Part shown: one piece after another, positions 20,820 to 30,084 of the stretch | How the letters are laid out: each line of letters starts with the position of its first letter | Numbering within the stretch: position 1 is the stretch's first letter | DNA from: Escherichia coli | GTDB taxonomy: Bacteria; Pseudomonadota; Gammaproteobacteria; Enterobacterales; Enterobacteriaceae | Strand: one strand, 5' to 3' | NCBI RefSeq assembly: GCF_003790525.1 | Contig: NZ_CP033635.1 | Length of the DNA stretch: 64,000 nt | Notes under the pieces: model-generated | The model's input: the letters and a program-made list of their open reading frames with translations, nothing else | Databases searched by the model: none | What the model was told of the DNA's origin: nothing | Position numbers and translations under genes: made by a program

Positions 20820-22091
20820 CTATTCTTTCCAGTCAATCCCATCCAGTAAGCACCCTGCCTCATATTGCCCAACAACCCAGTCAAGATTGCAGGACTCATA
20901 GAAAGCGAGGCGATTATACTGTGGCTCGTTTTTTACCAGACCACGAACGGAGCCGCGTTGCCAGTACAGGCACAGATTGGCAAGAGGTGTGATCAGCACA
21001 GCATTGTCCGGGAAAAATGGAACGGTCACAGCCGGAAGATTCCCCAGCACGGGCTTTTTAATGATTTCCTCGTTAAGCAAAATTTCCTGATTCATCTGCG
21101 ATGGATCAAGACGGTTTATCAAAGGCCATTGTTTACGGACCAGAGTATTGTGACTGCATACGGCCACAATGCCTTCCTGCCACTGTTCATCAATCATGGA
21201 TTGCCAGGCATCCAGAACAAGTGCATCTATTGTATGGTGTGTACCGCGTGTATTGCTTGTCGGCGATGAAACAGAAAGACCGCTGATAACCCTTCCCGCT
21301 GCTTCGTTTCGAAACTTCTGCAACCATCCGACGCCGCAATCGTCACGGCCCGGATATGTTTCAGGATCAGATTGATCGGCATAGTGTGTGCCGTTAAAAC
21401 CAATCTGAATTAAATCCAGCCATTTCCGGCGTTCAAAAGCGGCACGGGCGCTTCCTTCAAGACCATTTGCGGACGCGTGAGCATCGACATTGTCGTAGCT
21501 CAACGCAAAATCAAAATTAACCTGCTCGCAGCGGTAGCCTCTTGAAACCAGTGAATGCGCCTGTAGTGGCGAACGGCGCTCGTGAGGTGGCGATGTACGT
21601 GCCAACGGCCGGGAAGCGTCTACCAGCACAACCTGACCTGATATATCCGTAACAGGCACGGGGGTTATTTCAGCAAGGAAATTTGCCTGCCATCCACTGG
21701 CAAGCGTTGCACTCTGGCGGGGAACGGGTTCAACTTCTGACGAATAGCGCGCAGTATCACCGGAAAAGTGCAAATCCTTCGGATGCTTTCCGGTTATCGA
21801 CTCGATAGCGCAATTGAAAACCATCTGAGACTGTTGATTTCGTTGTGATACAACATAATCAGCAGTGCAATTATAACACTCAATGCCGTCGTTATTACCC
21901 CCACCGCTTGCAGTATGCAGGGTGTGAAGCTCAAGCTCACGCTCCAGTTTTTGATATTCATTGTCCAGCGCGCGACGCGTCTCATCGCTTATGCTTGCTG
22001 TGTTTGCTTTCAGGCGATTCCGGGACATTAACTCCCTGAGTCGGCTCACTATATCAGCGCCGTGCAAATGTGAAATATTCAGACCGCCCAT
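20820..22091 (-). CDS. Hypothetical protein B (424 aa), no recognisable domain, second gene of a translationally coupled pair
   Basis: The listed ORF runs to 22232 and overlaps the upstream gene. The likely start is the ATG at 22091, overlapping the upstream stop as TAATG. E. coli-like codon usage throughout. Confidence 0.6.
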   Translation of the reverse strand: MGGLNISHLHGADIVSRLRELMSRNRLKANTASISDETRRALDNEYQKLERELELHTLHTASGGGNNDGIECYNCTADYVVSQRNQQSQMVFNCAIESITGKHPKDLHFSGDTARYSSEVEPVPRQSATLASGWQANFLAEITPVPVTDISGQVVLVDASRPLARTSPPHERRSPLQAHSLVSRGYRCEQVNFDFALSYDNVDAHASANGLEGSARAAFERRKWLDLIQIGFNGTHYADQSDPETYPGRDDCGVGWLQKFRNEAAGRVISGLSVSSPTSNTRGTHHTIDALVLDAWQSMIDEQWQEGIVAVCSHNTLVRKQWPLINRLDPSQMNQEILLNEEIIKKPVLGNLPAVTVPFFPDNAVLITPLANLCLYWQRGSVRGLVKNEPQYNRLAFYESCNLDWVVGQYEAGCLLDGIDWKE

Positions 22092-22801
22092 TACTGCCAC
22101 CCCCGGCAGAGTTCTCTGCCCTCCGCAAGGTCGCGCATTTTTTCTGGATTCTGTCGCGCCGCGCTCCATTGTACAGGTGAAGGGGCGTTCCTGATTGCGT
22201 GGCTTACCGAATCCGGCAGTTTCTCCGGGCAATAACGAAGCGGATTGGAGGCATCGCTCTCAATATCGTTAATCCGGCCGCGAATCAGCCCGACACTTTC
22301 AACAATATCTGCCATTTTCAGTGTTTCACATATTTTCTTTTCTGCGTTATACAGCGGCTGGCCAAGCAGCTCACATAAACCACGAATCAATAGCAGAGCA
22401 GGGGTCAGCTCGTTAATCAGTCCGGGAAGTGCTTTTGCAAATATCTCTGCCCGCAACTTATTATCAATGCTTTGGTAAGCACAGCCAGCCTCTGCCGCGT
22501 TATAACGACACTCCAGTAACCTGATGCGCGCCTCATCATGCAATACCCGCAGACGCTCAAGATTTTCTCGCGCCACACCCGCCTGAATGCATAATTTTGC
22601 GGAGGCTTCCGTTTTTGCGCCCAGCGCAGACAGGATTGAGTTCTGCCAGTCACGTTCGAGAGACTCCAGCTCCCCTTTCGTCTGTTCGATAGTCGCTTCC
22701 AGATTGGTGATTAATGATTCCTGTTCGCTGAGTTTTGCCATGGCCGTATCAAACTGTGCTTTACATGCCTGATGCCTGGCGCTTGCCTGAGTTATATCCA
22801 T
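22091..22801 (-). CDS. Hypothetical alpha-helical/coiled-coil protein A (236 aa); positional equivalent of P4 psu
   Basis: Predicted coiled coil. Sits directly after the Ogr/Delta-like gene on the same strand, as psu does in P4. I cannot verify homology to Psu. Confidence 0.55.
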   Translation of the reverse strand: MDITQASARHQACKAQFDTAMAKLSEQESLITNLEATIEQTKGELESLERDWQNSILSALGAKTEASAKLCIQAGVARENLERLRVLHDEARIRLLECRYNAAEAGCAYQSIDNKLRAEIFAKALPGLINELTPALLLIRGLCELLGQPLYNAEKKICETLKMADIVESVGLIRGRINDIESDASNPLRYCPEKLPDSVSHAIRNAPSPVQWSAARQNPEKMRDLAEGRELCRGWQ

Positions 22802-22810
22802 TGTTTGCTC

Positions 22811-22910
22811 CTGTAATACATTTTTTACTTACGCCCATTTTTTCCATATTGCGTAATACATTCCAGCCGATTTTGTTCTCGTAATACGCTCACAATACTG
22901 TTGTATTACG
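22811..22910. promoter_or_regulatory. Array of (C)GTAATAC(A) operator-like repeats in the divergent promoter region between the two-gene operon and the RHH gene
   Basis: Direct copies at 22813, 22853 and 22881. Inverted copy GTATTACG at 22903. Further copies at 22993 (inside the RHH gene 5' end) and 23196. Confidence 0.55.
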
Positions 22911-22965
22911 CTTTCTTATATCGCGGGTGTTAAATCCCGGTATAAGCAATCAGGGAGGCAACACG

Positions 22966-23199
22966 ATGAAAAAACAAAAGAAAATGCGATACGTATTACG
23001 CTGTATTCGTATCCCGCACGAAATCGACCATAAAATAAATCAGATATGTAAGGACAGAGAGATGAACTACTCCCAGTGCGTCAGAATGTTTATCTGTCAG
23101 GGAATTAAGGCCGGGGAAACGCAGGAAGAAGACCGCAACGGGCGCAATGTAGCGGGAGATGTGTGGGCCTGGGCAAATGACCAGAACTACACGACGTAA
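22966..23199 (+). CDS. Small ribbon-helix-helix (CopG/Arc-like) DNA-binding protein, about 77 aa
   Basis: Start chosen at the ATG preceded by AGGGAGG. MRYVLRCIRIP is the predicted beta-strand, followed by two helices. Divergent from the A/B operon and surrounded by the GTAATAC repeats. Confidence 0.5.
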   Translation: MKKQKKMRYVLRCIRIPHEIDHKINQICKDREMNYSQCVRMFICQGIKAGETQEEDRNGRNVAGDVWAWANDQNYTT

Positions 23200-23249
23200 T
23201 ACAGAAATAACGTAGCCGGTTACACTCGCTGGCTGCGTTATACAAATCA

Positions 23250-23432
23250 CTATGAAGTTTTCAACTTCCTGCGCTTAGTGATGCGTACAAACGACTCAAG
23301 CGTACAAAAACAAGCCCCACACTCAATATTACTGCACTGGTAATACGTTTTGTAGATGTTTTGTTCGTGCTCTTCCAACGAACGACTACGGGTTCGGGCT
23401 GAAGCGCCACAGGCCGGGCAAGGGAAAGACAT
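23250..23432 (-). CDS. Ogr/Delta-family zinc-finger late-gene transcription activator (P2 Ogr / P4 delta homolog)
   Basis: 60 aa with the CPACG...RTRSR...YYQCSNIECGACFCTLES Cys4 pattern characteristic of Ogr. Confidence 0.8.
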   Translation of the reverse strand: MSFPCPACGASARTRSRSLEEHEQNIYKTYYQCSNIECGACFCTLESFVRITKRRKLKTS

Positions 23433-23721
23433 ATCACGCTCCTCTTACTGGTGTGAAATTTGACCTATTATATCTCCTGCCGCCCCCTCTGGCTGTATCA
23501 AATAAACCCGCAGCAGTCGCCGCGTATTACGGACGGACGCACCGTTCCCATGCTCACTCGTCACATTCCCCGTATCAGTTCTCTCTTACCGTAAGAACGG
23601 CTCTGGCTGGCGATAAAACTAACCCGGTCGGGCATTCCCGCAGTCTTTAGAGAAAATGTAATTTACCCCCTGAAACGTGGGCTGTTCCCCCGTCACCTGC
23701 GCGCGAAAAACTCACCGTTTT

Positions 23722-23820
23722 TTGTGCACGCACGAAATCGCCCTCCGGGTGCGCCAGTACTGGGCCGGATGGGCAAAAAGTTACTCTAAAAAATTGTGCA
23801 AATTTGTGCACTTTTGTGCA
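23722..23820 (+). promoter_or_regulatory. Four TTGTGCA repeats, three phased at 10 bp (23794, 23804, 23814), including palindrome TGCAAATTTGCA
   Basis: Helical-turn phasing of direct repeats is typical of repressor operators or Ogr-dependent late promoters. Confidence 0.4.
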
Positions 23821-24046
23821 GATGAACAATAGCGTGAAAAAGAGTGCTTTTGAGAGATTTTTTATGGCAACTGCGCCGCGTGTATTACGTTTTTTACCAT
23901 CCCCGCCGCGCATGTACATACTTCATTTTTCTGCCAGACAACAGGGCAACTCCCCGTGACTGACAGCCCCAAAAAATCAATGATTGATGTTGCATTTTTG
24001 TTAAAGGTTAGACCAGTTGTTTTAGGGCTCTGCCTCATAATCCGGT

Positions 24047-24360
24047 GGGGGGTGCGCAAAGCGGTTACAACGGTTACAACACTCAAAAACACCACTTAAC
24101 AGCATGATTTTAATGGATATTGTTTGTAACCGCTTTGCGGTTACACTGCGGTTACAACGGTTACAGGTTTCAAAAAGCACTTTATTATCAATCAATTAAA
24201 AACTTAACCTGTAACCGCCTGTAACCTAACAAAACGGTTACATGTAACCGCGTTGTAACCGCTTTTATAACTCATCGGACCAGTTATAATATATTGATAT
24301 ATAATACAAAAATAAGTAATTTTAAATTTGTAACCGTTGTAACCGCTTTGCGCACCCCCC
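24047..24360. repeat. 314-bp dyad-symmetric iteron region; candidate replication origin (ori/crr-like) or recombinase site
   Basis: 33-bp perfect inverted repeat: GGGGGGTGCGCAAAGCGGTTACAACGGTTACAA (24047-24079) and its reverse complement TTGTAACCGTTGTAACCGCTTTGCGCACCCCCC (24328-24360). At least 12 GGTTACA/GTAACCG iterons in both orientations. AT-rich centre. C9 homopolymer at 24355-24363. Confidence 0.7.
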
Positions 24361-24611
24361 CCCAAACTTTAGCGCGACCCTTTAAAATGTTAATTAAACT
24401 CACTTACTCTGTATCTCTCTCGTTAACTCTCTGTTATTGAAATGTATCTCTCCACTGTTTCACTCTTTCTGATAATCAGGGGAAGCAAAAAATTGATGGC
24501 GGCACTACTGCAATATGGCCACCATTGCATTGCTGTTACCGTTGGTTCTGGCCAACAAAAAAGGTCAGCGGGAAACTGACCTCTTTTGCTGTGAATGCGG
24601 CGTTCTGCGGG

Positions 24612-25616
24612 TTACTCTGCTGGCTCTTTTTCTTCGGTGATCACTATGTTGGCTACCGGGTTAAATCTCATGGCATCTGCCAGATAATCCGGTGCAAAAT
24701 GTGCGTATGCCATAGTCTGCTGAATTGTCGCATGCCCAAGGATTTTTTGTAGCGCAAGAATGTTGCCACCGTTCATCACAAAGTGACTGGCGAATGTATG
24801 CCGCAATACATGCGCAGCCTGCCCCCTCGGTAAATCGGGTTTTATTTTTTTTAATGCCCGGCAAAACTCTCTGTACTTCACATCAAACAGTCGCCCGGTT
24901 TCTTTTGTTTTTACGGCATCGCATATTTCCTGCGACACAGGCACCGTTCTTTTTCTACCGTTTTTGGTTTCCAGAAACGTTATTCTGTTATGAACTATTT
25001 GCTCTCCATGCAATCTGCTGGCCTCACTCCAGCGGGCTCCGGTACAAAGACACAAGAGCGCAACCCTTCGTTGATCTCCATTCAGCCCGTCAAGCAACAA
25101 TGTGACCTCGTTTTTTGATAAAAAGGCCATTTCCCGCTGCTTTACATAAAGAACAGGAATACCACGAACCGGATGCTCTGCATCCCACAAACCGATCTTT
25201 TTCAGGGCTGTAAACATCCCCGATAATCTGTTCATGTATCTGTTTGCTGAGGACGGCTTTAATCCTTCCGCAATTTTCTGCGATCGCCATGCAATGATTT
25301 TTAATTTGTTGAGTTCTGCCGCAAACATGTCAGCTCCAAGCTCATTAATAATTTTGCCAAGTTGCTGTTTATCCGTGTTTGCCTTTCGCCTGTGCTGACC
25401 GTGATAGACCCACCACAATTCCAGTAAATCGCTAAGCGTTCTCCGGTCGCGATAGCCCTGTATAAACTCGCGCTTTTCGGCGTTCGCTATGATGTACCGT
25501 TCAGTTGCTGTAGCTATCGATTTTTTGTCAAATATTCTTCTGATGCGCTTCCCTTTACGTCCGCATGGCCTGATATCGAGCAGCCACCGCCCATCATGCA
25601 TCTTTCTGATCGGCAT
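24612..25616 (-). CDS. P2-Int-like tyrosine recombinase (second integrase/recombinase of the element)
   Basis: MPIRKMHDGRWLLDIRPCGRKGKRIRRIFDKKS resembles the P2 Int N-terminus, with C-terminal HVLRHTFASHF...LGHATIQQTMAYAHF catalytic motifs. Start chosen 3 bp after the primase stop. The listed ORF extends into the primase gene. Confidence 0.8.
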   Translation of the reverse strand: MPIRKMHDGRWLLDIRPCGRKGKRIRRIFDKKSIATATERYIIANAEKREFIQGYRDRRTLSDLLELWWVYHGQHRRKANTDKQQLGKIINELGADMFAAELNKLKIIAWRSQKIAEGLKPSSANRYMNRLSGMFTALKKIGLWDAEHPVRGIPVLYVKQREMAFLSKNEVTLLLDGLNGDQRRVALLCLCTGARWSEASRLHGEQIVHNRITFLETKNGRKRTVPVSQEICDAVKTKETGRLFDVKYREFCRALKKIKPDLPRGQAAHVLRHTFASHFVMNGGNILALQKILGHATIQQTMAYAHFAPDYLADAMRFNPVANIVITEEKEPAE

Positions 25617-25618
25617 GT

Positions 25619-28288
25619 TTAACTCCCCTCCTTGTAACTGAATATCCGGCATTTCAGTACTTCCGGCTCTCTGGCCTCGGCGACCCCTCTTCCGGCGTTT
25701 GCCTGTCTGGAGACCTCACTACGAATGGTTTTGCGGCCTGTCAAAGGTCGGGAACGTCCGGCTGCGAGCAACTCAATCATTTCGCGGTCAGTTCGGATCT
25801 CCACGCGGTGAATAGCGGCAGCCTGTGCCAGTTGCGGAATACTGATAGCAATCCCCTCGCGGCATCCCTTGCCGTAGTGGTTTACACCGTATTTTGTTAT
25901 GCCGTCCAGATAGTCGAACGCCTCCCAGAACGCTATTACTTCCGGCAAGTCATCCGTTACCGCTTTAACTTGTTCCGCTGCCATTCGTTCCAGTTCCTGG
26001 CATGTGGCATTAAGCCATTCATCCGGGATATCAATAACGCATTTCAGCGCCCTGACCAGCGCAATAAGTTGCGCGTGATTTTTGGCAATACGGGGATGGA
26101 GAATATTTTCGCAACCGCAAAGGCGGGTCGTTTCAGGCTCTGAGAGCGCCAGAAACATTTCCATAATTGCCCGTTCACGGCTGACTGCCCGATGAATAAA
26201 CCCTGACACCTTCTCAACGGGGTAGAGTTCCAGTCGTCTCGCCGCCAGCCGGGTATCAGACGAGTGGCGCTTTTTATCGGTATATATGCGAATCAGTCGC
26301 TCAATAATTGCAAGTGAGGCGTTTACCCTGGCATTCTGTGCAATCACGATAGCGCCCTTAAAATCCGGGTCATAGGTGTTGTTATTGTTGGTCTTAACGC
26401 CACGAACGCCGATACCGCCGCCGTTATAGAGGCTTTTCAGGTTATCGAAGTCAAACGCACCTCTTTTTTGCGCATTGCCTCCCCTGTCTGCTTCAATCAG
26501 AACAACAGGTAATCCGGCGACCTGTCCAAAGGTGCGCTTCCAGCCCGCCTCTGATCCTTTGGTTGGATCAACGCCTTCATAGTTGTCACGACCGCACAAC
26601 CGCCAGCAAAAATCAATCAATGTTGATTTACCCGTTCCGGGCTCCCCGGTGACTTCAAGGAAGGGGAAGGATTCTTCTTTATCCCGGATTTGTTCGCTGA
26701 ACAGGGAGCCCAACCAGAAAGCCAGGGTAATAATTCCTTTTTCACCAAAAGCCAGCCAGAGATCTTCCACCCAGGACTCTGTAAACTCATCCGGTTTTTT
26801 GTAGTTAATCTGTAATGTGGGTTTTTCGCTTAATGGTTTTGCGTTTATGCCATCAATTTCAAAATAATCTTCGTCATTGATTTCATAAGTTTTTCCCTTG
26901 TAAACAGCAATATCATTAAACAGCCATGCCCCAATCGCCTTGTTGTATCCGATAAAATCCTGACCAATAACCTCTTTTATTGCGGGAAGGTCATTTTTTA
27001 TTAATGCGTCAAGGTGCGCAGTTGTTCCGGTATAAATGCCGCCTTTTGCCACATGCAACAGGCGTTTTTTAAATTCAGATGCGGATGTCAATTGTCCTGA
27101 TGTAAAGGTGTTTTTCACCGTAGCACCATCCGGGAACGTAACACGGAAGTAATACCATGCTTCATCCGTGTCATTATTTCTAATGTAATAAAGCGGCGCT
27201 GGGTTACAGTTTGCGATTTCTTTTACTGCGCCAGATTCCTTAAGTGCAATTTTGCGCGCTTCATCCTCATCAACACTTCTCTCATTCTTGGCACGCTCTA
27301 CAGCTTTCATATAGCGCTCAATGTCCAGTTTGAACCAGAAAACACGGTTATCAAAAGTAAAATGAAATTCCTTCCGCTCACGAAAGGAAAATATTATTAG
27401 CGCCTTATCTCTCGGAGATTTCGCCAGCAATAAATCACCGTAATGACGGTATCTTTTCACATCATGGCCACGCAGCTTTCCGGCGATGTGTAAATCATTC
27501 CAGTCGCGTTTATTGTTGTTTTTACCTGGCAACGCCGCTGCCGTTCTCCAGCCGTCTTCGGCGCTGCGTTCTGCATGTTTTTTCGCGTAACGCTCACCCG
27601 CACGCCCGTTATCCAGCGCCCACACAATAACCGGACGGGGATTATCCCCGCACAGCTTCGCCAGCTCTTCCAGCGCCTTATCAGGGTAGTTCACGGCAGA
27701 CATGACAGAAACGGCCGCAATGCCATTCTGGTTAAGGCTGATGGCATCAAAGATGCCCTCACAAATCCAGATTTCTTTGGCCTTGCTTAAATCTGCTCCC
27801 GGATAAGCCCACCACAACCCCTTGTAGCTGCCGGAAAAATTCGCCTTGCGCGCGAAGCGTCCCGGTCGGTCTATGATGCGCTCCCACCACACGCCGTCAG
27901 CCAGCGTAAAACGCACAGTAGCGGCCTGTTCGCCGTTTTCCTTGTCCTGGTATCGCTCCTGAGTAAATGCGCCCTTCAGTGGCCCCACAGCAATATTGCG
28001 CGCCTCCTGAAGATAAGCTGCCACCGCTGCATATGGCTCGTCTTTCGTGCTGATATAACGATCTGACCATGATGAAAACACATCCGGGTAAAGTTCTTTG
28101 GTCAGCAGGTCTGTACCGCATTTATTTTCGCGCCCACAGTGTACGATGTACGGCCTTTCAAGGCTGGTAAACAACTCTTTCTTTCCACATTGCGGACAAA
28201 CACCATACCGGAGGTAGTTATTTTCTTCTTTGAAGTTGTAATCACGGATAAGACGGTTAATAATCTCTTTTCTGATGTCAGATTTCAT
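25619..28288 (-). CDS. P4-alpha-like primase-helicase (zinc-ribbon primase + D5_N + SF3 helicase Walker A GEPGTGKS)
   Basis: About 890 aa. N-terminal CPQCG...HCGRENKCG zinc ribbon and a central P-loop. Size and architecture match satellite-phage replication proteins. Confidence 0.8.
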   Translation of the reverse strand: MKSDIRKEIINRLIRDYNFKEENNYLRYGVCPQCGKKELFTSLERPYIVHCGRENKCGTDLLTKELYPDVFSSWSDRYISTKDEPYAAVAAYLQEARNIAVGPLKGAFTQERYQDKENGEQAATVRFTLADGVWWERIIDRPGRFARKANFSGSYKGLWWAYPGADLSKAKEIWICEGIFDAISLNQNGIAAVSVMSAVNYPDKALEELAKLCGDNPRPVIVWALDNGRAGERYAKKHAERSAEDGWRTAAALPGKNNNKRDWNDLHIAGKLRGHDVKRYRHYGDLLLAKSPRDKALIIFSFRERKEFHFTFDNRVFWFKLDIERYMKAVERAKNERSVDEDEARKIALKESGAVKEIANCNPAPLYYIRNNDTDEAWYYFRVTFPDGATVKNTFTSGQLTSASEFKKRLLHVAKGGIYTGTTAHLDALIKNDLPAIKEVIGQDFIGYNKAIGAWLFNDIAVYKGKTYEINDEDYFEIDGINAKPLSEKPTLQINYKKPDEFTESWVEDLWLAFGEKGIITLAFWLGSLFSEQIRDKEESFPFLEVTGEPGTGKSTLIDFCWRLCGRDNYEGVDPTKGSEAGWKRTFGQVAGLPVVLIEADRGGNAQKRGAFDFDNLKSLYNGGGIGVRGVKTNNNNTYDPDFKGAIVIAQNARVNASLAIIERLIRIYTDKKRHSSDTRLAARRLELYPVEKVSGFIHRAVSRERAIMEMFLALSEPETTRLCGCENILHPRIAKNHAQLIALVRALKCVIDIPDEWLNATCQELERMAAEQVKAVTDDLPEVIAFWEAFDYLDGITKYGVNHYGKGCREGIAISIPQLAQAAAIHRVEIRTDREMIELLAAGRSRPLTGRKTIRSEVSRQANAGRGVAEAREPEVLKCRIFSYKEGS

Positions 28289-28336
28289 ATATAAAACTCC
28301 ACCCCACTGCACCTTTTGCCGTGGGGTTTTTATTAA

Positions 28337-28636
28337 TTACTCGTTACTTATTGCTTTGGCAATCCCGGCGGTTTCAGCACTATGCCATGAAAAAATTCCG
28401 CCAGAAGTATGCATTCCTGACTTAATCACTCGTAATTCCCGATAAAGAATGTTAGTTAATGATTCCATTTCATTAATTTGCACTGGCATTCTCTCACTGG
28501 TATTAATTTCACCTGTCAATGCTGAAATGAGCGCAATAACATTTATTACATCTTCAAGATTCTCAATGGAATCTTCCGTGAAAAAACCAGCGTATTCTTT
28601 TTTGTATATATTGCGGATATTCTGATTTTCAGACAT
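28337..28636 (-). CDS. Hypothetical small protein (99 aa), satellite early region
   Basis: ORF co-directional with the primase gene. No recognisable motif. Confidence 0.35.
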   Translation of the reverse strand: MSENQNIRNIYKKEYAGFFTEDSIENLEDVINVIALISALTGEINTSERMPVQINEMESLTNILYRELRVIKSGMHTSGGIFSWHSAETAGIAKAISNE

Positions 28637-28703
28637 AAAAACTCCCCGACCCGTTAAGATCGAAATATAAATTTAATTCAGTTATCAGTTGGTAATTCGG
28701 TAA

Positions 28704-28922
28704 TCAGTCGGAAAGCTGCGTCACCTTCAACGCTTTGAAATGTGTCATTCCCAGCTCTTCCAGCCCTTCGGCTGCGCGGCGTATGGCTTCGCCCGGTCCC
28801 GTTCCGTATACCGTTGCATGTGCATGTTTGGTTAACCCACGTTTATTAACGGCATAACCCAACACAAAGAAACGTTTTTCACCACTGCCATTATTTTTAC
28901 GGGATATTGAACGGCTTTTCAT
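28704..28922 (-). CDS. Hypothetical small basic protein (72 aa)
   Basis: ORF in operon context. Its start overlaps the upstream ORF stop. Confidence 0.35.
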   Translation of the reverse strand: MKSRSISRKNNGSGEKRFFVLGYAVNKRGLTKHAHATVYGTGPGEAIRRAAEGLEELGMTHFKALKVTQLSD

Positions 28923-29104
28923 TTCTTCACCCTTACCACTGATGCTGTGAGTTCTTCTGGCAATTGATATTTCGGCGCAATTTCTTCCGTATACCTGATA
29001 GCGTCCCTTGCCGCTTTTCCTTTTGATTTATATTTATATGTGGTGCGGTAGTTTTCTTCCTCTCCTGTTACCACATTACGCAATTTTATATGAATCTCGT
29101 ACAT
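28919..29104 (-). CDS. Hypothetical small protein (about 61 aa, start MYEIHIKL)
   Basis: ORF in operon context. Confidence 0.3.
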   Translation of the reverse strand: MYEIHIKLRNVVTGEEENYRTTYKYKSKGKAARDAIRYTEEIAPKYQLPEELTASVVRVKK

Positions 29105-29281
29105 CGTTACCCCTCCATGATTTTTACTGCGCATTTGTGGGTTAATCGCCCCTGTTTGTCATTGCGGGAATATGCCATACGACAGGTATCACGCCATGCA
29201 TCGTCATAAGTCGGATATTCCCGGGAATGAATCATCTGGCGAACGTCGCCGTTCTGGTAGTTAATCAGGGTGATAAGGAGC

Positions 29282-29809
29282 TTAAACATGGCACGCCTCC
29301 CGGACACGGATACGGGCAACAAAGACCAGACGGGATGCCGGAAGCAGGGCGCGCGCTTCGCGCTCACTGGCAGCGGTAACGGTATGAAGGCGGATATTTT
29401 TACCGTGGCACTGCATAAAGCGCCAGATAAAATCAGGGCGTGTTGATATAGCCATTTTGGCGGCTCCTTGATTAAGTTTACGGAGTCTCGCCAGCACGCT
29501 GTCAAACATGGTGGCGGGACGTAACAGGGTTGACAGACTGGCAATCAAGGAACCAGCGAGCGCAAAGGCTCCCCCATTACGCCCCGCCATAATACGGGGT
29601 AGGGTGGAATTACGGGCACAAAAAAACCGCATTACGGAAATATAGCGGCTACCCGCTTGATTGTTCAGGCTGTCAAACCCGGCACCCGCTTTATGAGGTG
29701 CGGGCAAACGATACGCCATGACAAAAAAGCGAGTCAAGCAATATTGCAAATTATTTTTGCGCAATTGCGCTGAGTGATTGATTTTTAAGAGTAAAAAAGT
29801 CATAATCAT
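29282..29809 (-). CDS. Hypothetical protein, satellite early region (start uncertain; overlaps a frame-shifted ORF at 29107-29544)
   Basis: Two overlapping ORFs are listed. Possible frameshift, or only one is real. Confidence 0.3.
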   Translation of the reverse strand: MIMTFLLLKINHSAQLRKNNLQYCLTRFFVMAYRLPAPHKAGAGFDSLNNQAGSRYISVMRFFCARNSTLPRIMAGRNGGAFALAGSLIASLSTLLRPATMFDSVLARLRKLNQGAAKMAISTRPDFIWRFMQCHGKNIRLHTVTAASEREARALLPASRLVFVARIRVREACHV

Positions 29810-29870
29810 TTCTGCCTATTGTTTCTTATTGTTGATTTCAGGTGCACTAAATGCACATCCTTGACTGGTT

Positions 29871-29899
29871 GGCTCGCTGGCTTTAGCGAGCTTCTTTTT
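29871..29899 (+). terminator. Plus-strand intrinsic-terminator-like hairpin in a region otherwise transcribed on the minus strand
   Basis: GCTCGCT-ggcttt-AGCGAGC followed by TTCTTTTTT. Confidence 0.45.
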
Positions 29900-30084
29900 T
29901 GCTCTGCTGCCAATACCCGGCCTCCTTCCCTCACATGTAGTCATGTGCTCATTCCAGTCAGGTGGATAATGCTGTATTACCGGACATCCGGTTATGATGT
30001 TTAAAGCGTTTGTTTGTTTATGCCACGTGGAGAATATACCCCCACCGCCATTACTTGTATTTATCATAACAGTTCACCCAATTC

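Noticed and set aside
23647-24095. Two overlapping minus-strand ORFs (90 aa and 77 aa) between the Ogr-like gene and the recombinase
   Set aside because: They overlap each other and the repeat-rich regulatory DNA, and have odd composition. They are probably non-coding or a degraded sid-like remnant, and I could not support them as genes.
24047-24360. Possible CRISPR-like repeat array (GGTTACA units)
   Set aside because: The units are 7-9 bp, irregularly spaced, in both orientations and arranged as a global palindrome. There are no spacers and no cas genes. An iteron/origin reading fits better.
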